Source: Candidatus Buchananbacteria bacterium
GTDB lineage: Bacteria; Patescibacteriota; Patescibacteriia; Buchananbacterales; UBA6539
Length of the DNA: 64,000 nt
Assembly (NCBI GenBank): GCA_013359225.1
Contig: JABWCG010000001.1
Span: 70,410-134,409, forward strand
Direction: 5' to 3'
Made by a program: the position numbers and the translations under genes
The notes under the pieces: model-generated
The model's input: only the letters and a program-made list of their open reading frames with translations
What the model was told of the DNA's origin: nothing
Database searches by the model: none
Shown: piece by piece, positions 49,128-58,627 of the stretch
How positions within the stretch are numbered: the first letter of the stretch is position 1
How the letters are laid out: every line of letters begins with the position of its first letter

Positions 49128-50415
49128 AGTTAAATTAAGAGACAGCTTTAAGTTTTTGCTTGTTAAGTTGACGGTTGTCATTAATCAACCTGCGCTGACG
49201 GCATTGGTGTTGGCCATGTTTGCCAGCCGATTGGGGCAGAAAAACCAGTACCGAGTTTTGGTAATGGGTCGTAGTATTTTTACCGACGACATCAGGTCAA
49301 TGGTTGAATTCAGCGGACAGATTGAGTATCAGGTTATTCATTTATCATTCTTTCAGGTGATTTTTGATCACTTCGTTTCTCGAACTGATCGGACAAAAAT
49401 AACTGAAAGTAACTACCACAACGTTACCGACGGCGTGATTGGCCGACAGCGATATCGTGCATATTTGGAAAAAATGTTTGAACCGCTAAAGCAGAGACTT
49501 GGTTTTCAGGCGGTTATTTCTGGTAATATCGGTTATATTGTCCAACAAGAATTGGCTAAAATTTGTCTTGAAAAAAATGTTGCCTTTGTGGTGCTTCATA
49601 AGGAGGCGGTAGTGGTATCTCAGGCGTATGGCAATTTTTTGAATGTGTATAAGCACCATCATTTTATGGGGCACAAAGTTATGTTTTATAATAAGCAGTG
49701 TATGCAGGGATTTTTAGATTTGCACATCCCCGGACTGACTCCGGACAAGGCTGTTTGTGTCGGTATCCCGCGGTTTGATAATTATTTTTTGAGAAAGGAA
49801 CCTGACGAGCGGGTGGTAAATCAAGTGGTGTTTTTCAGTTTTTTGCCAAGGTACTCTTCGCGGTTTTTGACCACAAATGAGGCAACTTTACAAAACATTG
49901 AGACAAGAGCTATTGAATTCTTTAAAATTGTTTATGAATGTGCTCAGCGCCATCCGGAAGTGCATTTCATTGTTAAGACCAAAATGTCTTTCCAGTATGT
50001 TGATTTCCCAACAAAAATTTTACGCACTTTTTATCCTGATGGTATAAAAAATCTTTCAATTGTTAATACTGGCGACCCATCAGAATTAATACATAATGCA
50101 TTGGCAGTAATTGGGTTTAATTCAACAACACTCATTGAAGCATTGATTGCCGGTAAACCTATTATTTCTCCATACTTTGGTGATATTATAACCGATCGGG
50201 ATTGGAGTTTTTTCCAGAAATATAGTAGTTTGGTTTGTTATGCCCAAACTAGTGAAGACCTAGAAAATTGTTTATTTAACAAAAGCAATAATTTGGGTTA
50301 TAGTGATGATACTAAAAAAGCATTTTTGGAAGAATATATTTCAATTTCTCACGGCGGTGCCAGTAAATTCGCCGAAGCAGAGATTATTAAAACTATTACT
50401 AATTTGTCTAAATAA
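49102..50415 (+). CDS. Hypothetical GT-B-like protein, candidate second ulosonyl transferase
   Basis: HKE, VGIPRFD, IVKTK, GFNSTTLIEALIAGKP; start may be ATG at 49108 or 49111. Confidence 0.55.
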   Translation: MIMMIKKIKVKLRDSFKFLLVKLTVVINQPALTALVLAMFASRLGQKNQYRVLVMGRSIFTDDIRSMVEFSGQIEYQVIHLSFFQVIFDHFVSRTDRTKITESNYHNVTDGVIGRQRYRAYLEKMFEPLKQRLGFQAVISGNIGYIVQQELAKICLEKNVAFVVLHKEAVVVSQAYGNFLNVYKHHHFMGHKVMFYNKQCMQGFLDLHIPGLTPDKAVCVGIPRFDNYFLRKEPDERVVNQVVFFSFLPRYSSRFLTTNEATLQNIETRAIEFFKIVYECAQRHPEVHFIVKTKMSFQYVDFPTKILRTFYPDGIKNLSIVNTGDPSELIHNALAVIGFNSTTLIEALIAGKPIISPYFGDIITDRDWSFFQKYSSLVCYAQTSEDLENCLFNKSNNLGYSDDTKKAFLEEYISISHGGASKFAEAEIIKTITNLSK

Positions 50416-50423
50416 TCAATTTT

Positions 50424-51500
50424 ATGTTTAACTTTAAAAATAACCCACTTGGTAAAATAAAAATTGGCAACAAGTTTGTTGGTCAAGACGCGCCGACTTT
50501 TTTTATTGCTGAAATTGGCAATAATCATAATGGAGATTATTACTTAGCTAAGAAGAGTATTGAGGAAGCGGTAAAGGCCGGTGCCGATGCGGTAAAAATT
50601 CAGAAACGCACGGTTAAGGACGTTTTTGCCCGAGAGCTTCTGGAAAAGCCTCAGACTAAAGACCAGATTTACGGCAAGACGTATGGTGAATATCGCCAGC
50701 GGCTTGAATTAAATGACGACGATATTGTTAAACTTAAACAGTACGCCGATGAACTTGGAGTAATATTTTTTGCCACGCCGTTTGATAAAATCAGTGCCGA
50801 CTTTTTGGAGAGCATCGGTTCTGATTTGTATAAAATTGCTTCATTTGATGTTACTAATTTGCCGTTATTGGAGCATGTTGCTAAAAAAGGTAAGCCAATT
50901 ATCTTGTCGGTTGGTATGTCGGACTGGGATGAAGTAGATGAGGCGGTTGAAACCATCTTAAAATATAATGATCAATTGATCATTAAACACTGCGTGTCAG
51001 TATATCCGACCCCAGATGAAAAGATTAATTTAACCACTATGACAAAATTGCGCGAGCGCTATAATCCTTTGCCGATTGGCTATTCCGGCCACGAGCAAGA
51101 TATTTTGCCGACTTTGGCGGCAGTAGCCTTAGGTGCAAAGACCATTGAGCGGCATTTTACGTTAGATAAACATCTGCCGGGTCCCGATCACGCCACAGTC
51201 AGTATTGAGCCAGAGGAATTTAAAAGTATGGTAGACAGCGCCCGCCGAATTGAAAAGGCCCTTGGTGATGGCTTGTCTAAACTACTTGAAGATGAATTAA
51301 AAGCCAGAGAAAAACATGGTAAAAGTATTGTTAGTGCTACTGACATTAAGGCCGGGCAGGTGATTACGCCGGAAATGGTTACTATTAAGAGTCCTGGATA
51401 TGGTTTGAAACCAAACATGGTTGGGCAGTTGATTGGCAAAACGGCAAAAGTCGATATTGAGTCAGACTCGGTAATTACTAAAGAGCTAATTAATTGGTGA
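50424..51500 (+). CDS. Second nonulosonate synthase, NANS/Kdn-9-P synthase-like (NeuB family)
   Basis: AEIGNNHNGD, KIQKR, YGKTYGEYRQRLE, GYSGHE, ERHFTLD, SAF domain. Confidence 0.88.
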   Translation: MFNFKNNPLGKIKIGNKFVGQDAPTFFIAEIGNNHNGDYYLAKKSIEEAVKAGADAVKIQKRTVKDVFARELLEKPQTKDQIYGKTYGEYRQRLELNDDDIVKLKQYADELGVIFFATPFDKISADFLESIGSDLYKIASFDVTNLPLLEHVAKKGKPIILSVGMSDWDEVDEAVETILKYNDQLIIKHCVSVYPTPDEKINLTTMTKLRERYNPLPIGYSGHEQDILPTLAAVALGAKTIERHFTLDKHLPGPDHATVSIEPEEFKSMVDSARRIEKALGDGLSKLLEDELKAREKHGKSIVSATDIKAGQVITPEMVTIKSPGYGLKPNMVGQLIGKTAKVDIESDSVITKELINW

Positions 51501-51502
51501 TT

Positions 51503-52294
51503 ATGACGTATTTAGAAACCCTTTTTGATTTAAAAGATAAAGTGGCAGTAGTGACTGGCGGTTTGGGAATTTTAGGGACTCAGTACTGCGAAGCCTTGTT
51601 GAAATCCGGTGCAAAGGTGGCGGTGATTGATATTAACGAAGTAAAGAGTGATCACTACCTTGCTAATGCTGCTAATGGTGGTGCACTAAAGTTTTTTAAG
51701 GCGGATATTACTAATCGGTTAGAAATGGAACAAGCGTTACATGATATTGAAACGGATTGGTCAACTCCAGAAATTTTGATCAACAATGCTGCGCTGGATT
51801 TTCCTCCCAGCCCGGGCGTCAAGGAAACATTTGAGAATTATCCACTTGATAAATGGAACTCAGTGATTAATGTTAATTTAACTGGTGTGTTGGTGTGCTG
51901 CCAGGTGTTTGGCGGCGCGATGGCGCAAAAGAACGGCGGTAGCATTATTAATATTTCGTCCATTTATGGTATTGTTTCACCGGATCAAAGGATCTATAAA
52001 GACTTTGTTAAGCCGGTTTCTTATAGTGTCACTAAGTCGGGAATAATCAATTTTACTAAATATCTTGCAACATACTGGGCTGCAAAGAACGTGCGGGTAA
52101 ACACCCTAATTCCTGGTGGTGTTTTAGGTAGTCAGGACAAAGGGTTTATTGAAAAATATCAGTCGAAAGTGCCTCTAAATCGTATGGCACAAAAAGATGA
52201 ATATAACGGAGCAATTTTATTCTTAGCCTCCCGAGCTTCGTCGTATATGACCGGCTCCAGCCTGGTCGTTGACGGGGGATTAACCGCTTGGTAA
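51503..52294 (+). CDS. SDR oxidoreductase (PtmA-like)
   Basis: TGGLGILG, INNAA, SSIYG, YSVTK, RVNTLIPGG. Confidence 0.88.
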   Translation: MTYLETLFDLKDKVAVVTGGLGILGTQYCEALLKSGAKVAVIDINEVKSDHYLANAANGGALKFFKADITNRLEMEQALHDIETDWSTPEILINNAALDFPPSPGVKETFENYPLDKWNSVINVNLTGVLVCCQVFGGAMAQKNGGSIINISSIYGIVSPDQRIYKDFVKPVSYSVTKSGIINFTKYLATYWAAKNVRVNTLIPGGVLGSQDKGFIEKYQSKVPLNRMAQKDEYNGAILFLASRASSYMTGSSLVVDGGLTAW

Positions 52295-52301
52295 TGATTA
52301 T

Positions 52302-53060
52302 ATGATTAAAGAATTAAAGCGAAACAATTTAACAATTAAAATGGATGTTGAAACTGATTTTGAGCAACATCGATTTGATACTTTTATTGATAAAGAGCCA
52401 GAAACAATCACCTGGATCGAAACGTTGGTTAAGCCGGGCGAGGTTTTTTTTGACGTTGGTGCAAACATCGGAGTGTATTCTTTGTACGCCGCAACGTTTT
52501 TTAACAAAAATATTTCGGTATACTGCTTTGAACCAGTGTTTCATAATTTCAACAAACTGTGTAAAAATTTGGCTGCTAATGGTTTTGATAAGATTTGCAA
52601 CCCATATGCAATTGCCATTGCCGACGAAACTAAAGTTGATTACATTGATTTAGCGTCGGTAGTTTCCGGTTCGGCAAGCCATGCAATGGCGAATTCGCCA
52701 GAATATGTGATGAAAGACTTTAATTCGCAATTTCGTCAGGGGGTATTTTGTGTCAGTCTTGATGATTTAATCAATCAGTACGGTTTTGCAGTGCCAAATC
52801 ATATTAAGATTGACGTTGATGGTTTTGAGGAAAAAGTCATTGCAGGCGCGGCTGATGTTTTACGTCGCCCCGAATTAAAATCAATTTTAATTGAAATCAC
52901 CGACATTGACGGTGCTGTTGAACGAATTAGTCAAAAAATTATTGCATCTGGATTCAATACTAATCATCCGGTTAATTCTCAGCCTAATCATTCAAGGTTT
53001 CGCCGAGAAAAGTCGGGCAACGGTCATATTAAAAATATTATTTTTGTCCGGGATAATTAA
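52302..53060 (+). CDS. FkbM-family methyltransferase
   Basis: KEPET, FDVGANIGVYS, FEP, PNHIKIDVDGFE. Confidence 0.9.
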   Translation: MIKELKRNNLTIKMDVETDFEQHRFDTFIDKEPETITWIETLVKPGEVFFDVGANIGVYSLYAATFFNKNISVYCFEPVFHNFNKLCKNLAANGFDKICNPYAIAIADETKVDYIDLASVVSGSASHAMANSPEYVMKDFNSQFRQGVFCVSLDDLINQYGFAVPNHIKIDVDGFEEKVIAGAADVLRRPELKSILIEITDIDGAVERISQKIIASGFNTNHPVNSQPNHSRFRREKSGNGHIKNIIFVRDN

Positions 53061-53066
53061 GAGAGT

Positions 53067-54515
53067 ATGCAGTACCCCAAAAAAATCTTGCATTGGGTTA
53101 ATGACACCGAAATTGAAGGGCATTCAAAAGATTTTTTTAGTAAGTTAAACCCGGCCAATGAGCAAAAATTAGCTGATGTGGCCAGCGGCACTCAGGCGGA
53201 TGTTGAATCAGCCGTTGAGTCGGCAGTTGCGGCATTTGATATATGGCACTCCAAACCGGTTGTTGAGCGGGCAAACATTTTACAATCAGCGGCAAAGTTG
53301 TTGGAGGAGAAAAAAAGTGAATTGGCAGAAATTATCAGTCAGGAATGCGGCAAGTCATTAACTGATGCTCTTGGCGAAATTAATGCGGCTATTGAGTGCG
53401 GCCGGTTTATTGCCGAACAAACTCAAAGTTTTGCTCCTGAATTTATCAAAAGTAAGAACCCTGGCCGGACCGTATTTTTAACTCGTAATCCGGTCGGCGT
53501 TGCCGCTTTGATCGTTCCATTTAATAATCCGGCAGCAAGCCTAGCTTGGAAGATTTTTCCGGCCTTGTTTTGCGGCAACACGGTAGTTATCAAAGCTCAT
53601 GAAGATACGCCGTATGTTGCAGTTTGGTTTGCTAAAATTTTTAAAGAAGCCGGATTGCCAAACGGGGTAATATCGGTTGTTCAGGGTCTGGGGCAAGAGG
53701 TTGGTGCAGCGCTGGTTGCTGATAGTCGTGTTGACCTTATCAGTTTTACCGGCAGTGTACAGACTGGCAGGCTGATTATTAAAAATTCTGCCGACCGCTT
53801 AGCAAAAGTTTCAATTGAAGCTGGTGGCAAAAATCCGCTTGTAATTTGTGATGACGCCGATATTGATCTGGCGGTTGCAACAAGCATACAATCAGCTTTT
53901 GTGGATGGCGGCCAGCGTTGTGCTGCTGCTAGCAGAATAGTTATTTTTGAATCGGTGTACGAACAGTTTAAAGAAAAATTTTTGTCGGCGGTAAAGCAGT
54001 TGGTAGTTGGTGTTGCGCCGGGTGCTAATTATGGAGCCATTATTAATGAACGGCGTTTGAATCAGATTCTAGGATTTGTTTCCCGGGCCCGCGAGCAGGG
54101 AATAAAAATTTTAGCAGGCGGCAACAGAATTAGCGGCACAGGATTCTTTATGGAACCAACAGTCTTGGAGGGTGCTAGATTGGAAGATGAGATATCGTGT
54201 TTTGAAGTATTTGGTCCGGTAGTTAATTTATATCAAGTTAAAGATTTAACTGAAGCAATTAGGGTCTCTAATGCGACGCCTTTTGGCCTATCGGGTGCAA
54301 TTCACACCAAAGATCCTGATCGAGTGCAGAAATTTGTTGCTGGGTATCATAGCGGCGTTGTTCGAGTGAACGGTCCGACTCATGGTAGTGAACCGCACAT
54401 GCCATTTGGAGGTGTTAAATTGTCAGGTAACGGTTGGCGCGAACCAGGGCTTAAGGCGTTTGATTTTTATACTGATTGGCGCCAGGTTAGTATTGATAAC
54501 CAAAAATATGAATAA
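53067..54515 (+). CDS. Aldehyde dehydrogenase
   Basis: PFNNP, FTGS, EAGGKNP, GQRC (catalytic Cys), EVFGPV, PFGGVKLSG. Confidence 0.93.
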   Translation: MQYPKKILHWVNDTEIEGHSKDFFSKLNPANEQKLADVASGTQADVESAVESAVAAFDIWHSKPVVERANILQSAAKLLEEKKSELAEIISQECGKSLTDALGEINAAIECGRFIAEQTQSFAPEFIKSKNPGRTVFLTRNPVGVAALIVPFNNPAASLAWKIFPALFCGNTVVIKAHEDTPYVAVWFAKIFKEAGLPNGVISVVQGLGQEVGAALVADSRVDLISFTGSVQTGRLIIKNSADRLAKVSIEAGGKNPLVICDDADIDLAVATSIQSAFVDGGQRCAAASRIVIFESVYEQFKEKFLSAVKQLVVGVAPGANYGAIINERRLNQILGFVSRAREQGIKILAGGNRISGTGFFMEPTVLEGARLEDEISCFEVFGPVVNLYQVKDLTEAIRVSNATPFGLSGAIHTKDPDRVQKFVAGYHSGVVRVNGPTHGSEPHMPFGGVKLSGNGWREPGLKAFDFYTDWRQVSIDNQKYE

Positions 54516-55233
54516 AGTTATTGCATTAATTCCGGCCCGGTCAGGCTCTAAGCGAATACCAAATAAAAATATTAAAGAGCTACACGGCCATCCTTTGATT
54601 GCTTATACTATTAAAGCTGCTTTAAATTCAAAGATTTTTAGCCGGGTTATTGTTTCAACTGATAGTGAAGAAATCAGAGACATTGCTTTGCGGTATGGCG
54701 CCCAAGCGCCATTTTTGCGACCAAAGGATATGGCGTCTGATACCGCTTCGGACATTGAATGGGTTTCCCATGCCCTTGGAGAATTGGGTGATGATTTGAC
54801 AGATTGTTTTTCAATTTTGAGGCCAACTAGTCCATTTCGTCAGCCTGAAACTATCCAGCGGGCTTGGAAAAAATTTTTAGAGCATCCGAACTACGATTCA
54901 TTGCGGGCAATTGAAAAGGTTAGTCAGCACCCGGGCAAAATGTGGCGTCAGGAAGGTGATTATATTAAACCTTTAATGGAAAATCCAGATAAAAATGATA
55001 CCCCATGGCATTCAAAACAATATCATGCATTGCCGGAAGTGTATGTCCAAAATGCCAGCTTGGAAATTGCCTGGACAAAAGTACCGCTTGAACATGGCAC
55101 AATTGCCGGCGAAAAAATCGTGCCATTTTTTACTGAAGGCTATGAAGGTTTTGATATCAATAAATTTGAGGACTGGATCATCGCGGAGTATTTAATTAAT
55201 AATAATTTAGCACAATTACCAAGTATCAAATAG
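54508..55233 (+). CDS. CMP-nonulosonate synthetase (NeuA family) 2
   Basis: IPARSGSKRIPNKN, PFLRP, RPTSPFR, QNAS, FDIN; start ATG at 54508. Confidence 0.88.
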   Translation: MNKVIALIPARSGSKRIPNKNIKELHGHPLIAYTIKAALNSKIFSRVIVSTDSEEIRDIALRYGAQAPFLRPKDMASDTASDIEWVSHALGELGDDLTDCFSILRPTSPFRQPETIQRAWKKFLEHPNYDSLRAIEKVSQHPGKMWRQEGDYIKPLMENPDKNDTPWHSKQYHALPEVYVQNASLEIAWTKVPLEHGTIAGEKIVPFFTEGYEGFDINKFEDWIIAEYLINNNLAQLPSIK

Positions 55234-55234
55234 T

Positions 55235-57100
55235 ATGAGTAAACTATTTTTTGTTCCGACTAGTGAAATTAACCGAATTAAAGAAAATATTTCTGATAAT
55301 ATAGCCTTGGTTGGGGTGTTGGCCAATATCTTTAGGATTAATACGCTTTCAATGATTAAGGAAGCGGGCTCCGGACATGTTGGAACCAGCTTTAGTTGTT
55401 TGGATATTATGACATGGTTATTTACCAAAGAAATGAAAGCAGATGACGTTTATTTTTCTTCAAAAGGTCACGATGCACCGGGATTGTATGCGGTATTAAT
55501 CGGCTTAGGTCAACTTGATTATGAGTTCATTCACAAGTTGCGCCGGCTTAATGGCCTGCCTGGCCATCCGGATGTCGGAACACCACATATCCAGGCCAAT
55601 ACGGGATCGCTTGGCATGGGTATTTCCAAGGCTCGAGGCATGGCGATAGCAAACCGGCTTAATGGCGTGTCGTCAAAAATTTTTGTTTTAAGCGGTGACG
55701 GTGAATTGCAAGAGGGTCAGATTTGGGAGTCGTTACAGCCAACAGCCAATGGTAAATTCGGTGAGATCACGCTGATTGTTGATCATAATAAAATCCAGTC
55801 AGATATTTTTGTAAAGGATGTCTCCGATTTAGGAGAGTTGGAAAAAAAATTTGCGGCGTTTGGTTGGGAAGTTGCTAGGTGTGACGGCCATGATATTGCG
55901 GCGTTAAAAAATATTTTTGAGAAATTTAATATTATTACTGATCGGCCAAAAGTTTTGATCGCCGACACTGTCAAGGGCAAGGGTGTTGGTCTTATGGAAG
56001 GCGAGCGCGGCTTTGCTGATGGACTTTATAAATTTCACAGCGGTGCGCCAAGTGATGAAATATATTCAGTAGCAATTACCGAGTTAATTGGCAAAGTAAA
56101 TGATACATTACGAGCCTTAAACTTGGATCAATTACGGCTTGAGAGTAATGAATTGATGCCGCGAACATCACCGACTAATCCGCAGCGTTTAGTTGCCTCG
56201 TTTAGCGATGCGTTGGTTAAACTAGGCGAAGAAAACGAAAACATTGTGGCTTTAGATGGCGATTTGGCGCTTGATTGTGGATTATTACCGTTTAAGGCTA
56301 AGTATCCAAGCCGTTTTATTGAATGCGGTATCGCCGAGCAAGATATGGTTTCAGCGGCCGGCGGCTTAGCTTTGAAAGGTAAACTGCCGATTGTTAATTC
56401 ATTTGCTTGTTTTCTTTCAACCAGACCCAATGAGCAGATTTATAATAATGCAACTGAAAAAACCAAGATAATTTATGTCGGCTCTCTGGCTGGTTTATTG
56501 CCGTCGGGACCGGGGCATTCTCACCAGTCGGTTCGCGATGTTTCAATTTTAGGATCAATTCCCGGTTTAACCATGATTCAGCCAAGCTGCGAAACGGAAA
56601 CAGCGCTGGCTCTGGAGTGGGCAGTTAAGCAAAATAATAGCAGCAGTTATTTGCGGCTAGTCAGCATTCCGGTTGCCGTACCATATCAGTTGCCGCCTGA
56701 CTATGTATTAACAAAGGGCAGGGGAGTTAAATTGATTGAGGGTTCGCAGGCAATTATTTTTGCTTATGGCCCAGTGATGCTGGCGCAGGCATATCAGGCG
56801 GCTATTAAATTAAAACAAGAGGACGGACTTTCGGTTGCGGTTATTAACTTGCCATGGCTTAATGAAATTGATCAGGCTTGGCTGGAAGAAATTACTGCGA
56901 AATTCGAAAAGGTATTTAGTATTGATGATCATTATGTGAAATTTGGTCAGGGCGCGCTACTGTCGCAAGTATTAGGCAAAAAAATAACGTACTTAGGATT
57001 AACAGAAATTCCAAAGTGCGGTTGGAACGATGAAGTTTTAGCGTATCACGGTCTGGATGCGCAGGGGATTGCCAAAACAATTCGTGCGACGCTTCAGTGA
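55235..57100 (+). CDS. ThDP-dependent transketolase-family enzyme (fused N and C domains), non-canonical
   Basis: SGHVG, SKGHDAP, GHP, GSLGMG, GDGELQEG...N ThDP motif, GIAEQDMV, HSHQ. Confidence 0.88.
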   Translation: MSKLFFVPTSEINRIKENISDNIALVGVLANIFRINTLSMIKEAGSGHVGTSFSCLDIMTWLFTKEMKADDVYFSSKGHDAPGLYAVLIGLGQLDYEFIHKLRRLNGLPGHPDVGTPHIQANTGSLGMGISKARGMAIANRLNGVSSKIFVLSGDGELQEGQIWESLQPTANGKFGEITLIVDHNKIQSDIFVKDVSDLGELEKKFAAFGWEVARCDGHDIAALKNIFEKFNIITDRPKVLIADTVKGKGVGLMEGERGFADGLYKFHSGAPSDEIYSVAITELIGKVNDTLRALNLDQLRLESNELMPRTSPTNPQRLVASFSDALVKLGEENENIVALDGDLALDCGLLPFKAKYPSRFIECGIAEQDMVSAAGGLALKGKLPIVNSFACFLSTRPNEQIYNNATEKTKIIYVGSLAGLLPSGPGHSHQSVRDVSILGSIPGLTMIQPSCETETALALEWAVKQNNSSSYLRLVSIPVAVPYQLPPDYVLTKGRGVKLIEGSQAIIFAYGPVMLAQAYQAAIKLKQEDGLSVAVINLPWLNEIDQAWLEEITAKFEKVFSIDDHYVKFGQGALLSQVLGKKITYLGLTEIPKCGWNDEVLAYHGLDAQGIAKTIRATLQ

Positions 57101-57104
57101 TGAT

Positions 57105-58496
57105 TTATTGACCCTGTCTGGTCAGAATGGTTTTAATTGTTTTAAGAGAAATGCTTAGATCAACCGCGAGCGAACGATTTTTGATATAATATAAATCGTA
57201 TTGTAATTTTTGATAACTTTCTTCAACTGAACCACCATACGCCGGACCCATTACTTGAGCCCAACCGGTTAAGCCCGGTTTAACTAGCAATCTTTCTTTG
57301 TAGAAAGGAATTTGATTCTGGAGCTGATTAACAAATTCCGGTCGTTCTGGACGCGGACCGATTAAACTCATTTCCCCGCGTAAAACATTAAACAACTGTG
57401 GAATTTCGTCCAGTCGGGTCTTGCGCATGAATTTACCGACCCTGGTAATTCGTGGATCATTTTTAGCGGCCCATTGGGGGCCGTTTTTTTCGGCTTCAAT
57501 AATCATGGTTCGGAATTTAGTTGCTTTAAAATCTTTGCCGTTTTTGCCGGTTCTGATCTGGCTGAAAAACACTGGACCCTTGCTACTGAGTTTGATAGCC
57601 AGCGCAATAAAAGGGATGATCGGCAGTGAAATAACGAGAATTATCAAAGACGCAACAACATCAAAAAGCCGTTTGATAATTTCGTAAACCCTTTTATTAT
57701 TTTCCGCTAAGTTTTCTAAAAACCAAATTTGTTCGATGGTGTTGATTGGTACGCGCCCCATAATTTTTTCGTAAAAGGTGGCAATATCAAAAAAACTTAT
57801 TTTGAGCGGCAGGCAGGAAAATAGTCCTTTCATTAGTGCCGGATTTTCTCTTGGGTGAACCGTTGAAACGATGGTACTTATTTTATGTTCAAGGCAAATT
57901 TGATGTAACTCTTCCAGATCTTTTTTGATGGCAATTTTTTGCAGTGATTCAGGGACAGCTTGATCGTCAATGGTGATAATGGTTTTTACCCGCAATCCAA
58001 GCTGCGGGGTTTTTTCAATCTGATTGATAATGTCTTGAGCCAAAGAATTTAAGCCGATAATTAGCAGGTTATTTGATATTTTTGATGACTTGGTAATGAA
58101 ATCAAACAGAGTATGCCAGGCGTATATTAGAACGAGGGCAGTAATTGAATTGACCGCCAGTGTAGTTTGGGGACGAATGGTAAACAGCCGGTCTTGTCCG
58201 AGATAGAAAAAGACGACGGCAAAAAACCCACCAATAATGATATCGCGAACAATTCTGACAATCAGTCCGGCGCGGCCCTGGCGAAAACTCAATTCATAGA
58301 TATCGTCAATATAAAATGCCAACAGCCAGATGCCGTATACTACTGTGAATGGCAGGATGTGCCGCGACCAAAGCCACGGTTCATAGTTGCCAAAATACCT
58401 GATAACTAAAGTTAACCAAAGCGAAAAATAGAGGATAGCAATATCCCCGATCATTAAGATGTATTTTCTGGTTTTAATTGCGGTATCTTTTCCCAT
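57105..58496 (-). CDS. Priming polyprenyl-phosphate glycosyl-1-phosphate transferase (WbaP/WcaJ-like)
   Basis: KRLFD, KFRTM, DPRITRVGKFMRKTRLDEIPQ, GPRPER, KPGLTGWAQV. Confidence 0.92.
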   Translation of the reverse strand: MGKDTAIKTRKYILMIGDIAILYFSLWLTLVIRYFGNYEPWLWSRHILPFTVVYGIWLLAFYIDDIYELSFRQGRAGLIVRIVRDIIIGGFFAVVFFYLGQDRLFTIRPQTTLAVNSITALVLIYAWHTLFDFITKSSKISNNLLIIGLNSLAQDIINQIEKTPQLGLRVKTIITIDDQAVPESLQKIAIKKDLEELHQICLEHKISTIVSTVHPRENPALMKGLFSCLPLKISFFDIATFYEKIMGRVPINTIEQIWFLENLAENNKRVYEIIKRLFDVVASLIILVISLPIIPFIALAIKLSSKGPVFFSQIRTGKNGKDFKATKFRTMIIEAEKNGPQWAAKNDPRITRVGKFMRKTRLDEIPQLFNVLRGEMSLIGPRPERPEFVNQLQNQIPFYKERLLVKPGLTGWAQVMGPAYGGSVEESYQKLQYDLYYIKNRSLAVDLSISLKTIKTILTRQGQ

Positions 58497-58627
58497 GAGG
58501 TTTGATTAATTAGCTAAATCATACGATAAAATAGGCAAAAAGTCAATGTTGCAAATCTTGATTAATTGGGGCTTGACTGGTAGAATTAAAATGCTATTTT
58601 AGCGGGTTATTTTTTAATTTCTATTAT

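Noticed and set aside
54382-54507. Long N-terminal extension of the second CMP-transferase
   Set aside because: It overlaps the ALDH C-terminus; family similarity begins at MNKVIALIPAR (54508)
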